Shown here: positions 39,314-49,009 of the stretch, in pieces
Position numbering within the stretch: the first letter of the stretch is position 1
Layout of the letters: each line of letters begins with the position of its first letter
DNA from: Candidatus Latescibacterota bacterium
GTDB taxonomy: Bacteria > Latescibacterota > UBA2968 > GCA-2709665
Reading direction: 5' to 3'
Assembly (NCBI GenBank): GCA_965237675.1
Contig: OZ250150.1
Span: 2,176,001-2,240,000, forward strand
DNA: 64,000 bases
The notes under the pieces: model-generated
Database searches by the model: none
Told to the model about the DNA's origin: nothing
The model's input: the letters and a program-made list of their open reading frames with translations, nothing else
Program-made: the position numbers and the translations under genes

Positions 39314-39571
39314 ATGAAAATATCTCTTCACGACCTGGGACGACACGTGAAAGACGTATTGCTCGCGCTTGACCGGAACGAATCGATCACCATTCTCTAT
39401 CGAGGTAAGGAGAAAGCCATCCTGTCTCCCGTCCGACAACGAACAAACAAATCGGTTACAGACCATAGAGCTTTCAGGATGTGGCGAGACCGGAAAGATA
39501 TGGCGGATGTCGATACTCACGTCCGCAATCTGAGAAAAGGCCGCATGGATCGCTTTTTGAACACCGGATAG
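39314..39571 (+). CDS. Phd/YefM-like antitoxin, orphan
   Basis: DL....KDVL.ALDRNESITILYRGK.KA.L.P and FRMWRDR.DM.DV..VR.LRKGR. Confidence 0.7.
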   Translation: MKISLHDLGRHVKDVLLALDRNESITILYRGKEKAILSPVRQRTNKSVTDHRAFRMWRDRKDMADVDTHVRNLRKGRMDRFLNTG

Positions 39572-39880
39572 TCGATCGGAAATCTGCGTGGATCCGGCGA
39601 TTGCCTTCTCTTCTCGCCAGGCGGAAAGTTACCAGAAATCCACATAGAAGCCCAACGGTCACCCATAGACCGTTGGGCTTTACCGATCAGGGCCTCACAT
39701 TACTGAGACCTGCCAACTGGCCTATTCGAACGCATTTCGCCAATAGTGCGGCTGGACGTCCCGCAGTTTTCTGGCCTGCCATTCGTGGGGATTACCGGGC
39801 ATTGGAACGGCGACTTCGACGAGTCGTTCGTCCAAGTGCAGGTTTGGTCCTGCACCTCCTGCGAGTTTTTTTATCCCGTC

Positions 39881-40223
39881 GCCGACCCTTCGACATTTCG
39901 ACAAGCTCAATGCAGGCAGGCTCAGGGCAAGTGCTCAGGGAGCGGCTCAGGAAAGGGCATACGGAAAATGGGCTCGGGGCAGGCTGAAATCCCCCCACCG
40001 GCGCGTCTGCGTGCTGTCGCCCTTGACTTGCCGACTCCCCCTCAAGGGGGGAGTGACGCGTAGGTGAAAGCGCGACAGACAAAGCGTGGGCACTTCGACG
40101 GGTTCAGGACAAGGTTCGGTACAGGGCTTACCGGCGATAGGTTCGGGGCCGGCTGAGGTCCCCCCACCGGCGCGCTTGCGGGCTGGCGCCCTGGCTTGCC
40201 GGCTCCCCCTCGAGGGGGAGTGA
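39881..40223. repeat. REP cluster: family B (CCTTCGACAAGCTCAGGG) + family D (CCCCCCACCGGCGCG...CTCCCCCTC.AGGGGGAGTGA), as two tandem units
   Basis: Units at about 39881-40056 and 40094-40223. Confidence 0.75.
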
Positions 40224-40427
40224 TGGGGAGGTGACGGTGTTCTTTGCACCTCTGGAAGATAGTTTACGGCGCGTTTTTTGTAAATTCAAGACATTACTGC
40301 TTTAATAGATCCTTTAATAAGCTTTGCAGCATGCATAATGATAAATTAAAGACAAATCTATGTAAAATATAAAGTTTACTGGTCTGCCTTTTATAATCTA
40401 CCACTTTCCAGCCACGTTTTTATTCTA

Positions 40428-42110
40428 TTATAACATCCTTTCTTGATACGCGTCCCTGGTTACCCATGCCGGTTGAGCGCGGGTCCCCTGGTTGACAATC
40501 AATCCAGAGCGACGCAGTTCCTGTATGAGATTCTGAACTCTCCAATGCTTCTGCTTATCTGTCAGCCGATCAGGCAGCTTCGGCATCAGTGCCTGATCGA
40601 TCTCATTGCGACCAACCGGGCCATGCTCGCTTACCAGAGCTAAGATCAGATCCAGATAGTACTGTTTGTCGAACCCACGTTCTCGGATATGATGACCAGC
40701 GGCGCCCGTCGCTCTGGCGACCGATCCAGCGACTACCAGGTTTGGGTAACGCCCTTCAACAAGGCCACTGGCCTTCAGATAGCGATGATCTTCCCGACCA
40801 ATCCGCAGTCCTTTCTGCACCTGGTCAAGGAGCATGGCTTGAGCGAGATTCAGATCAGTCCGTTCCATGAGAAGCCGAGTGTAGTGTTCGTCAAGGATGC
40901 GACCATGTATGCACACAGCCACGTTGCCTGTCTGAGACAAATCGTAGTCGGGGAGCGGAAAAAATCGCTTTCTTTGTGTGTCAAACATGCGCTTTATGCC
41001 GCCACCCTGCGTGTCAATCAGGTTCAGTTCGACCATGGCGTCAGCCAGGAATGGGTTCCGGTAGATTGCCTGGGGGGCGTCCTGTCGGATGACCGTCTCG
41101 ACATCGCCGGGCAGAAAGTTGCCGACATTGGACAGCAGGATGCGGTCGGGAAACTCGACGACGACAATCCGTCCGCGCAGATGATAGTCCTGATGCGCGA
41201 TGCTGTTATGCAGGGCTTCCCGGATTACCCACGGATCGTACTGGGTAATTTCCTGAGGGAAGAGGGTCCCGCTCGGAAGGGCGCGTACAGTGAGGTTGCG
41301 AACGCGCTTTAGAAGGCTATCTCCGGCAAGCAGGAACGGCGGCCCGATATGCATGTAATCCAATTCGCGCTGGTGGTCGTCCTTGAGCACCCACGAGATC
41401 TTTGCTACCATGGGCGTGAGTAGAGTAGATGATTCCGGTCGCCCCAACAACAGTAGTGCAGCGTTCGTCACTGCGCCCTGCTTTATTACCCGGGCCTTAT
41501 TGAGGAACGTCGCGTCATTCCACTCCTTGACTTCGTCCGCCTGCGCCGGATGCTTGACGACGAACTGCTCGCGTGCCTTGACAAGGGCATCAGGGTCAAG
41601 ATCATCCAGGCGCGCTTGTTCACATACAATTGCGGACCAGTCGCTCCCGCGCGTCCAAATCATACGCGCCTTCTCGGGGTGCTTGCTGAGTTCGGTCTTG
41701 CTGGCACCCACGCGCACGTATGCTTTCCCGTAAAAGCTGATCGGCTGATCTTTTGCGGACCTAACCTCGAAGACAACAACCCGGCCATCTGGATGATCAA
41801 TTACACGTGGCTCGAATCCAATATTCGGACTCAGCCCCGCCCCGATCCAAGGTAGTAGATCTTGATTGCCCTTCGCTTTGGTGTTATACGGATCGAAATC
41901 TGTACCGACGACTTCATGAGTCTCGTCGTCGATACCGAAGACCAGATAGCCAGTCGGCTGGGCAATGATACAGGCCGAATTTGCAAGTGCAGACAGATAC
42001 TCCCCGATCTGCTCCGGTTCACATTGTTTGCGCTTGAACTCAAACCACTCGGTCTCTGTCGCCAGACTGCGCAACTCGTCAATGCGCGCGATGTCCCTGC
42101 TTTCACTCAT
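40428..42110 (-). CDS. Schlafen/AlbA_2 + HATPase_c_4 + wHTH protein
   Basis: ETEWFEFK, SALAN...GYLVFGIDD, IREALHNSIAHQDY, YRNPFLA.AM and ID..GGGIKRMF. Confidence 0.88.
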   Translation of the reverse strand: MSESRDIARIDELRSLATETEWFEFKRKQCEPEQIGEYLSALANSACIIAQPTGYLVFGIDDETHEVVGTDFDPYNTKAKGNQDLLPWIGAGLSPNIGFEPRVIDHPDGRVVVFEVRSAKDQPISFYGKAYVRVGASKTELSKHPEKARMIWTRGSDWSAIVCEQARLDDLDPDALVKAREQFVVKHPAQADEVKEWNDATFLNKARVIKQGAVTNAALLLLGRPESSTLLTPMVAKISWVLKDDHQRELDYMHIGPPFLLAGDSLLKRVRNLTVRALPSGTLFPQEITQYDPWVIREALHNSIAHQDYHLRGRIVVVEFPDRILLSNVGNFLPGDVETVIRQDAPQAIYRNPFLADAMVELNLIDTQGGGIKRMFDTQRKRFFPLPDYDLSQTGNVAVCIHGRILDEHYTRLLMERTDLNLAQAMLLDQVQKGLRIGREDHRYLKASGLVEGRYPNLVVAGSVARATGAAGHHIRERGFDKQYYLDLILALVSEHGPVGRNEIDQALMPKLPDRLTDKQKHWRVQNLIQELRRSGLIVNQGTRAQPAWVTRDAYQERML

Positions 42111-42191
42111 GATTCAGCTTCTCTTAGAATTCTCGTACGGCTCAGCACTGGCGATGACCGAACTTCGCTGCCTTTGGGTGCCTTTCGATAG

Positions 42192-42279
42192 CCCTTCGCC
42201 GACCCTTCGACCCTTCGACATTTCGACAAGCTCAATGCAGGCAAGCTCAGGGCAAGGCTCAGGGAGCGGTTAAGGGCAT
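42192..42279. repeat. REP family B composite, direct repeat of 39881-39960
   Basis: Shared CCCTTCGACATTTCGACAAGCTCAATGCAGGCA.GCTCAGGGCAAG..CTCAGGGAGCGG...AAGGGCAT. Confidence 0.8.
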
Positions 42280-42305
42280 GGGCTCATTGGATCCGGGCCG
42301 CCGAT

Positions 42306-43088
42306 CTACGGCCAGACCTCCGGGAAGTGTTCCCCCTCCATCAGCGCCCCGTCCGGGACCTCCACGTATGGTTTCATCACGTGCTGTCCGGCGACCACGT
42401 AACGGGCTTCCTCTGTCATATAGTGGATGGCGATGGCGCGGCGCGGGCGGTTGCTCGTGTTGGCGTGAGATCCGTGCCAGGTCAGCGCGTGGTGGTAGTG
42501 CACCTCGCCCTTCTCTACCGGACACCGCACGATGTCCACGCGGCGCCCGTTCCACTCCCCGGGCATGTCCTCGTAGTTCTCAACCGACCGTATGAAGTCG
42601 ATCTGGTTCCCCCACCCGTGGGATCCCGGGACCATACTCATACAGCCGTTCGCCTCGTCCACGTCGTCCAGCGCCACCCACGCGCTCACCTCCGTCATCG
42701 GTTCGATAATCGGCCACAGCGGCGCATCCTGGTGCCACATGGTGACGCCGCCCCGTTCCGCGGGCTTGTACTGGATCTGATCGTGCCATACGCGCAGCCG
42801 TTCCGCTCGTGTGAGTTGCGCCACTTCCTCCACGACCTTGCGCATTCCCGTCAGCTCGCGAAACGGGGCGCTCGCGGCCCAGATATTGACAATCTGCCAG
42901 ACGGGCGTATCCGGGTTTGGGTTCAGGTTCCGCAAGTGGACCGGCTGCGGCACGTCCGGTCGATCCCGATCCGCAATCACGCGGTCCAGTTCACGCCGCA
43001 GCGCTTCCACCTGCCCGTCGTCCAGGAGGCGCCCGCCGTTCAGGAACCCGCGCCTGTGAAATTCGGAGATTTGTGCGTCGGTCAGCAT
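42306..43088 (-). CDS. PhyH-family dioxygenase
   Basis: WHQD, ANGCM..VPGSH, WHGS and PRRAIAIHY. Confidence 0.9.
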   Translation of the reverse strand: MLTDAQISEFHRRGFLNGGRLLDDGQVEALRRELDRVIADRDRPDVPQPVHLRNLNPNPDTPVWQIVNIWAASAPFRELTGMRKVVEEVAQLTRAERLRVWHDQIQYKPAERGGVTMWHQDAPLWPIIEPMTEVSAWVALDDVDEANGCMSMVPGSHGWGNQIDFIRSVENYEDMPGEWNGRRVDIVRCPVEKGEVHYHHALTWHGSHANTSNRPRRAIAIHYMTEEARYVVAGQHVMKPYVEVPDGALMEGEHFPEVWP

Positions 43089-43130
43089 CGTCCTATATCC
43101 CTTCTGGGTCAGAAATCTGATCAGTCGCAG

Positions 43131-43943
43131 CTACACGGTACCTGCAAGGATGGGATGCAGGGGATGTTCCCACGGCCCGCCGGCCGTCATCTCGTCGCCG
43201 GCCCCGGCCGCTTCCCTTCCGCCTGTAAACCGGACATAGTCGGGTATGTATATTACCGCGAACGCCCGGCGCGGTCGATCGGTCAGGTTGGCGCCCGCGT
43301 GATGAAAATTGCAGCCATGATGAAATGTCACCCCGCCGCCGGCCATCTCCATCGCTACAGGTTCGGCCACCTCGTGCCCCTTCTCCGCCATCTTTGTCAC
43401 GATGCTTTCGCCCGCCACCCCCAGCGCAATCGGCTCCTGGGGGCCCATTTTGTGGGAACCCGGAACGAAATGAAGGCAACCGTTTTCAACCGTCACGTCG
43501 TCCACCGCAACCCAGGCCGAGAGCGCTCCGTACGGCTCCATGGGCCAGTAGGGCATATCCTGATGCCAGTTGGTCGCGCGGCTGCCCGCCCCGCCGGGCT
43601 TGACCATGGCGTGATCGTGATAGATCCGCACGTGGCGGCAGCCCGAAAGACGCCGGGCGGTTTCTGCCAGAGCGTGGTTGAACGAATATGCTTTCATGCC
43701 CGGAAAATCCGTCCATAGGTTCACCATCTGGTTGAAGACCAACTCGTACGCCTCGGACGTCCGGCCGCCGCCGGGTGCACCAATAATCCGCTCCCTGTTG
43801 GTTTCAATAGCGCGGTCGATGCCCTCCCTCAGCGCTGCCACCTCCTCGCGCGAGAAAAACCCGGGATACCTTATAAATCCGTTTTCCCGGTAAAATGTTA
43901 CGTCGTCCGGCGTTGCCGGACTCTGTTTAGCCTCAACCGACAT
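43131..43943 (-). CDS. PhyH-family dioxygenase
   Basis: WHQD, ENGCLHFVPGSH, FHHA and PRRAFAV. Confidence 0.9.
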   Translation of the reverse strand: MSVEAKQSPATPDDVTFYRENGFIRYPGFFSREEVAALREGIDRAIETNRERIIGAPGGGRTSEAYELVFNQMVNLWTDFPGMKAYSFNHALAETARRLSGCRHVRIYHDHAMVKPGGAGSRATNWHQDMPYWPMEPYGALSAWVAVDDVTVENGCLHFVPGSHKMGPQEPIALGVAGESIVTKMAEKGHEVAEPVAMEMAGGGVTFHHGCNFHHAGANLTDRPRRAFAVIYIPDYVRFTGGREAAGAGDEMTAGGPWEHPLHPILAGTV

Positions 43944-44285
43944 TCCTGTTGCCTCGAATGGCAAACCAGCCGCGTTCATCCCCGAACCGGCAAAAAAAAA
44001 CCGCCGGTATTCGATGCATTAAAATACCTAACTTCAGCATCGGTACCAACGGTTTTTTGGTATATTGAAAACGAGGAATCGACCTGTGAAATTTCCTCAG
44101 ATGCACGTGCGTTAAGGAAGGGCACAGCTCCGATGGGAAATTTTCCGTGGGCATGTCCTCTCACGGATTACCCAAAGGGTCTTACCGGGTCGATTGTATG
44201 CGGAAAATCACCCCGTGGAACTGCGTTCCAGGCGGGTGGTCATTGAAGTCGCAGCGACAAAAAATCCCCTACCCCCTGACGTCCC

Positions 44286-44480
44286 CTATTCCCTTGCCCT
44301 TTTTCTTGCATCGCCAAAGAAAAAGGGCCAAAAAGAACGGCGCCGCTCAGACGCCGCGGGGCTGCTTTTCCGCGGACCACCTCTGTGGAAAGAACGTGAG
44401 CCGTTGCCCTGCGGCCTGCGAAGGCATTCCTGGGCTATTTTGCTGGACGGAATAACGCGGAAAAGCCCCCATGCCACCAC
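44286..44480. repeat. Structured intergenic repeat-like element
   Basis: CCCTTTTTCTT-GCATCGCCA-AAGAAAAAGGG hairpin and GGGGCT..TTTTCCGCG / CGCGGAAAAGCCCC pairing. Single copy in the window. Confidence 0.4.
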
Positions 44481-44851
44481 CGGATGGCCATGAGGTATAC
44501 CGCGAAGGCGTTTTGAACGTGTTGTCGGTCTTGCCACAAGTCCAAATCCAGATCTAAACGTGGTAACGTATCGTAATGATACCAGACGGATTAACGCTTG
44601 TCTCCCCCTTTCCTTTAGGAGAGGGGGCCGGGGGGAGAGGTCACGGTACTGACGTCAACTGATTGTGTTTTTGATTCAAGCTGACTGCTGAGAGCTGATA
44701 GCAGTCTTTGCTGATTTTCACGACAACAGGGGACGCCTGGTTCTGGTGTTCGAGGTTGCTGCTGTTTGCCGTGGGCGAGCGGTGTGGACTTCTTGTTTCT
44801 CGCTGTTTTTGTTGAAGAAACCATACTGACTCCGCCGAATTCATCCAGCTC

Positions 44852-45040
44852 TCAATACGCGATCCTGTGATTGTCGCGCGTCAACAGCCGGTACCCCACG
44901 TAGATCAACAATATAGGCACGGCGAACTTGATCACGAACCAGATCAGCCCCAGTGCGATTCCGATGAGTCCGACCAGCATAATCATTGCCGCGAGTCCGC
45001 CGGCAGCCAACAGGCAGAGCCCGAAAAACTTAAGTAGCAT
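44852..45040 (-). CDS. Small two-TM membrane protein downstream of pspA (LiaI/PspC-like partner)
   Basis: Hydrophobic 62 aa, GGAGG RBS, same strand as pspA. Confidence 0.7.
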   Translation of the reverse strand: MLLKFFGLCLLAAGGLAAMIMLVGLIGIALGLIWFVIKFAVPILLIYVGYRLLTRDNHRIAY

Positions 45041-45177
45041 CGTTTCCTCCAGGTAAAAAAGCTGTCAGCTATCAGCGGTCAGCCGTCAGCTAACACCGGT
45101 TAGCAATATAGCGCCGCGATGTCAATTCACGAATGTTGGTTTTCTTAGGGGCGACCCATGGGTCGCCCGCCTGTCCG

Positions 45178-45876
45178 CTAAGGCGATTTTCGATCCTGTT
45201 CCGATTTCGCATCGGCCAGCTTCTGTTTCATCTCTCGCAACTGCGTGTCAATCCGCTCCTTCTGCGCTATTTCCTCGTAGCGGTCGTCCAGGTCCGTGTC
45301 GCTGCCGGCAAGTTCCTCATAGATCTCGGCAGCGGCCTCCTCGCGGTCGACCTGCTGGCAGAAGGTGTCGAATCGCTCGAACGCCTCTTCACGGATTCGA
45401 ACGGGCGAGGGGGCGTTTGAAACATAACTTCCAGACGCCCGGCTTCTGGCAACAAGCGTTCCCTTCCGCGACCGCGCCTCCTGGAACCGGCTCTTCAGCC
45501 GTGCGGCCTGCTGCTTGAGATGCCCGGCCACTTTCGCCGCTTCCGTGAGTGCCCCTTCCAGGGATTCCGTTTCGGCCGCCGCCGCCGCCTTCCGTTCCAA
45601 CGCCAGGCGGGCCAGGTCGTCGTCGCCTCGCGAGACGGCCCGTTCGGCCTTCCGGTCCCAGATCTCCGCTTCTTCCCGACGTACCTTCACCCGGCGTTCG
45701 AGCAGCCGCTGGCTGGCCAGGGCGTCCGCCACGGCGGCAACCGCCTCGTTTACCGCGTCTTCCATATCCGCCATCATCAGGCCAACCATCTTGTCCGGAT
45801 CTTCCATCCGGCTCAGCAGATCGTCCACGTCCGCCCGAATGATATTCGCAATCCGCGACAATGCCCCCGTAGCCAT
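45178..45876 (-). CDS. pspA: PspA/IM30 family protein
   Basis: LSRIANIIRADV.DLL..MEDP.KM, A..AV..GDDDLAR.AL and coiled coil. Confidence 0.9.
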   Translation of the reverse strand: MATGALSRIANIIRADVDDLLSRMEDPDKMVGLMMADMEDAVNEAVAAVADALASQRLLERRVKVRREEAEIWDRKAERAVSRGDDDLARLALERKAAAAAETESLEGALTEAAKVAGHLKQQAARLKSRFQEARSRKGTLVARSRASGSYVSNAPSPVRIREEAFERFDTFCQQVDREEAAAEIYEELAGSDTDLDDRYEEIAQKERIDTQLREMKQKLADAKSEQDRKSP

Positions 45877-45950
45877 GGTGGTTTCCTTTCTCCAGTGGGT
45901 GAGATCTTACTTTCACGCGGACACGCAATCCACATCCTGTCCCTCATGTA

Positions 45951-45966
45951 TACAAACGCCGTGCCA
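45951..45966 (-). promoter_or_regulatory. Sigma54 (-24/-12) promoter of pspA
   Basis: TGGCAC-GGCGT-TTGTA on the minus strand, with an AT-rich tract upstream (45970-46025). Confidence 0.72.
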
Positions 45967-46330
45967 AAAACACTATTTTTCCATAAATAATTGTTTAATA
46001 ATAATATATGTTATTAATAAAAAAAGGACCGTCCGTTACGTTGGCGAGACTCGCCAACCCGGGCGGTCGAATTTACCTCTTCAAGGGAATCTGGGGTCGT
46101 GCCTGTCAAGAACCTATTGGAAGGTCATGTGCGCTTTGTTGTTGAAAGCGAGTTTCCGTGCAGAGGCGAGGCACGCGGGCAACCACAAGGGTTGCCCCTA
46201 CAAATGCCACGCGAGCGCGAGGTTTGGGAGTGGCTGGGTGGCCTTCTTACGTCTCCCGTCTTACGTCTTGAGCTCTTGAAGAACGGCATCGCCCGTTCAG
46301 GATGCCACCCGGGCCCCGGCCAGGGACTTG

Positions 46331-46493
46331 GTGTCCTGTCCCGAAAATTCCTCACCATTCGACCTCCGATTCATCCCGTCTCGCTGCGTTCCCCTCGCTC
46401 GCCGACCTTACGCAGGTCGCCTACGCTCTGGCGCCTTGCGAGCCTGGCGACTCGGAGGTCGATTATTGGCAACTTATTTCCGGGACAGAACAC
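46331..46493. mobile_element. MITE family F (TIR GTGTCCTGTCCCGGAAAT)
   Basis: TIRs at both ends. Related copies at 54160-54230, 56537-56668, 58008-58060 and 63680-63736. Confidence 0.7.
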
Positions 46494-47577
46494 TCGCCCC
46501 GTGCGAGGGCTTGCCCCCGGACCGGCGCGCCTGGATCAACTCGGATACCACGCTTATGGCAATTTCCTCCGGCGAATCCGCCCCGATATCCAGTCCGATG
46601 GGCGCATGTATTTCTTCGAGGCGATCCCGGCTTATTCCCTTCGCCTCCAGTTCCTTCCACATCAACGCAATTTTGCGCCTGCTTCCGATCATGCCGATGT
46701 AGGCGGCGTTTGTCCACACCGCCTGTTCCACCACCGGCTTATCGTGCTGGTGCCCTCGGGTTACGGCGACAATATAAGACAGGTCGTCGATATCCAGATG
46801 TTCGAGCGCCGTTTCCATCTCCAGCGTGAGTGTCTCGTCCGCCATGGGAAATCGCTCTTTGTTGGCGAACATGGGACGGTCGTCGATCACCACAATACGA
46901 AATCCCACCGTAGCCGCGACCCGCGCGATGGCGAACGAAACGTGCCCGCCGCCGAACAGGTAGAGCGTCGGCTCCGGACAAATCGACTCGATAAAGATCT
47001 TCAGCGGGCCCTCGGAATCGCTTACGTCCAGCGACATCACCTCCAGCAGATTCTCCGGAATCGTTTCCATTTCAGCCACTTCGCTAAGGATCGCAGCGTC
47101 GGCCTCCGCCCAGCCCAGCGACCCCACGGTGGTTCCGTCTGCCCGCACCAGCAGCTTGGCGCTCCATTTCGCGGGGTCCCCTCCGGACACGAGAGTGGCC
47201 AGCACCCCCGAGTCCCTCGCCTTCCGGACCTCTGCGACGTTTTCCAGCACGTCTTCGGACCGCCCCTTGTATAAGGGCTCCGTGAAGATTTCCACGTTAC
47301 CACCGCAGTTCAATCCGTTCTCGCCCGCGTGTTCTTCGGTCAAAATAAAACGCTGAAGCGTCGGTAAACCCGATTCCATCACCTCCCGGGCTTCGGCCCA
47401 CACATCCGCCTCGAGGCAGCCGCCACCCACCGTCCCCACAATCTGCCCGTCGGGCCGCACCAGCATCTTTGCCTTCTTGCTCATCGGCAACGACCCCTTG
47501 CTGGACACGATGGTCGACATCGCCGCATTCTGTCCCGAAGAAATCAGGTCCAGGGCTTCTGAGAATATGTCTTTCAT
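46474..47577 (-). CDS. xdhC: XdhC/CoxI family molybdoenzyme maturation factor
   Basis: GTVGGGCLE, CGG, FGGGHVS, TRGH.HD, YIGMIGSRRK and PIGLDIGA.SPEEIA.S. Confidence 0.92.
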   Translation of the reverse strand: MKDIFSEALDLISSGQNAAMSTIVSSKGSLPMSKKAKMLVRPDGQIVGTVGGGCLEADVWAEAREVMESGLPTLQRFILTEEHAGENGLNCGGNVEIFTEPLYKGRSEDVLENVAEVRKARDSGVLATLVSGGDPAKWSAKLLVRADGTTVGSLGWAEADAAILSEVAEMETIPENLLEVMSLDVSDSEGPLKIFIESICPEPTLYLFGGGHVSFAIARVAATVGFRIVVIDDRPMFANKERFPMADETLTLEMETALEHLDIDDLSYIVAVTRGHQHDKPVVEQAVWTNAAYIGMIGSRRKIALMWKELEAKGISRDRLEEIHAPIGLDIGADSPEEIAISVVSELIQARRSGGKPSHGASVLSRK

Positions 47578-47596
47578 CAGAACCACCCCCTTCAAA

Positions 47597-47762
47597 GAAG
47601 GTGTTTTAAAATTCCCGGTGAGTTCCCGAGCGCGAGCGAAAAAGTTCGCTTATGAGGCGCGAGGGGCGCGCAGCCTCGACTACAGATACGGGTGGATTTG
47701 ACCAACGCCGACCGGCGCTTTTGCAGCCGCGCGAAGACCGCTGGGGATTTTAAGCCAGCTTC
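47597..47762. mobile_element. MITE-like element
   Basis: Imperfect TIRs GAAGGTGTTTTAAAATTCCC / GGGGATTTTAAGCCAGCTTC. Its left half recurs inverted at 58055-58121. Confidence 0.6.
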
Positions 47763-47812
47763 TCAATTCCGGATGCCGGAAAAAGATTCCGTGTTCTCTA
47801 TCCGCGGCGGTC

Positions 47813-49009
47813 TCATCGCCAGACCGACCGCAGCGTTTTTGCCAGTTGCACGAGACTTTCGAGGTTGTGCGCCGCCATGAAATGATCCAGGTAGGGCAAG
47901 GCCGTTTTCATCCCCAGACAAAGCGGCTGATACCCCGGGCTTCCCAGCAGGGGGTTCAGCCACATCAGTTTGTGTACCCGCCTGCGCAACCGCTCCATCT
48001 CCCGCCGCATGAGTTCCGCGTCGCCGCGGTCCCACCCGTCGCTCACGATAATCATCACTGTTTTTGACTTCAGCATCTCCCTGGCAAACCGGTCGTTGAA
48101 CTCCCTCAGGCAGCCGCCGATATCCGTTCCCCCGGCCCAATCGTGCACCGTGTCCGCCACGTCCTGGAGCGACTCCTCCACACTCTTGTTCTTCAGGAGC
48201 CTGGAAATCGGGGTCATCCGGGTGGAGAACACCCCCACCTCAACGTCGCGGATTTCCCGCTTCAGCGCGTAGATGAACTGAATCAGAAACTGGCTGTAGC
48301 AGTCCATCGATCCGCTCACGTCGCACAGCAGCATCAGCTTCGTTTTCTTAATCCGGCGCCGGCGCCTGGCCAGGGCCACCCCGTCGCGGCCGTAGAGCGC
48401 GTTCCGCCGCCAGGTCCTTCGGAAGTCGATCTCCACGCCCCGCTTCTGCGGCTCCCGCCGCCGGCTGCGCCGGTTGGCGATGATTTCCACAATCTGCGCG
48501 ATGACCTGCCGGGCCCGCTCAATCTCCTTATCGCTCATCGCGGCAAGATCCTTGCGCATCAACACTTCTTCCGGGCTGTACCCGACCTCTTCCGAATCCC
48601 CCTCTCCATCCGCGTCGTCGTCCTCTGTCGCCGTCTCTACCGGCTCGTCGAATTGATCCGACATTTCGAGGTTCTGATCGTCGCCGTCTTCTTCGGTGAC
48701 CTCCATCTCCATCGTCCGGACCGGGGACTGCCAGAAGGCATGAAATACCCGATCGAACGTGTCCAGATCGTCGAAACGGGAAACCAGCGTCGCGCGCGCG
48801 GCCGCGTAGAAATCCCCGCGTCTGCCGATATCGATGAACCGGAAGCTCTGGCAGAAGTCAATCAGATTGCCGGAATTCACGTCAACGCCGGCCCTGTGCA
48901 GCGCCCGCGAAAAGGCCACCACCTGGCCCATCATGCTCGTGTTTTCAACCCATCTTCTATTCATGCGGTCCAACCCGTCGGAATTTCCGTTGTTCTGTTT
49001 TGTCGTCAA
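47813..49009 (-). CDS. coxE: VWA_CoxE domain protein
   Basis: LCDVSGSM MIDAS, FSTR, W.GGTDIG, SDGWDRG and WLNPL. Confidence 0.9.
   Translation of the reverse strand: MTTKQNNGNSDGLDRMNRRWVENTSMMGQVVAFSRALHRAGVDVNSGNLIDFCQSFRFIDIGRRGDFYAAARATLVSRFDDLDTFDRVFHAFWQSPVRTMEMEVTEEDGDDQNLEMSDQFDEPVETATEDDDADGEGDSEEVGYSPEEVLMRKDLAAMSDKEIERARQVIAQIVEIIANRRSRRREPQKRGVEIDFRRTWRRNALYGRDGVALARRRRRIKKTKLMLLCDVSGSMDCYSQFLIQFIYALKREIRDVEVGVFSTRMTPISRLLKNKSVEESLQDVADTVHDWAGGTDIGGCLREFNDRFAREMLKSKTVMIIVSDGWDRGDAELMRREMERLRRRVHKLMWLNPLLGSPGYQPLCLGMKTALPYLDHFMAAHNLESLVQLAKTLRSVWR

Noticed and set aside
39572-39880. Hairpin-rich intergenic stretch as an ncRNA
   Set aside because: One strong hairpin (39648-39680) is compatible with a terminator. 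There is no second copy or recognisable family.
39881-40223. Clustered repeats as a possible CRISPR array
   Set aside because: Only two irregular composite units, no constant repeat-spacer period and no cas genes. They match dispersed REP families.
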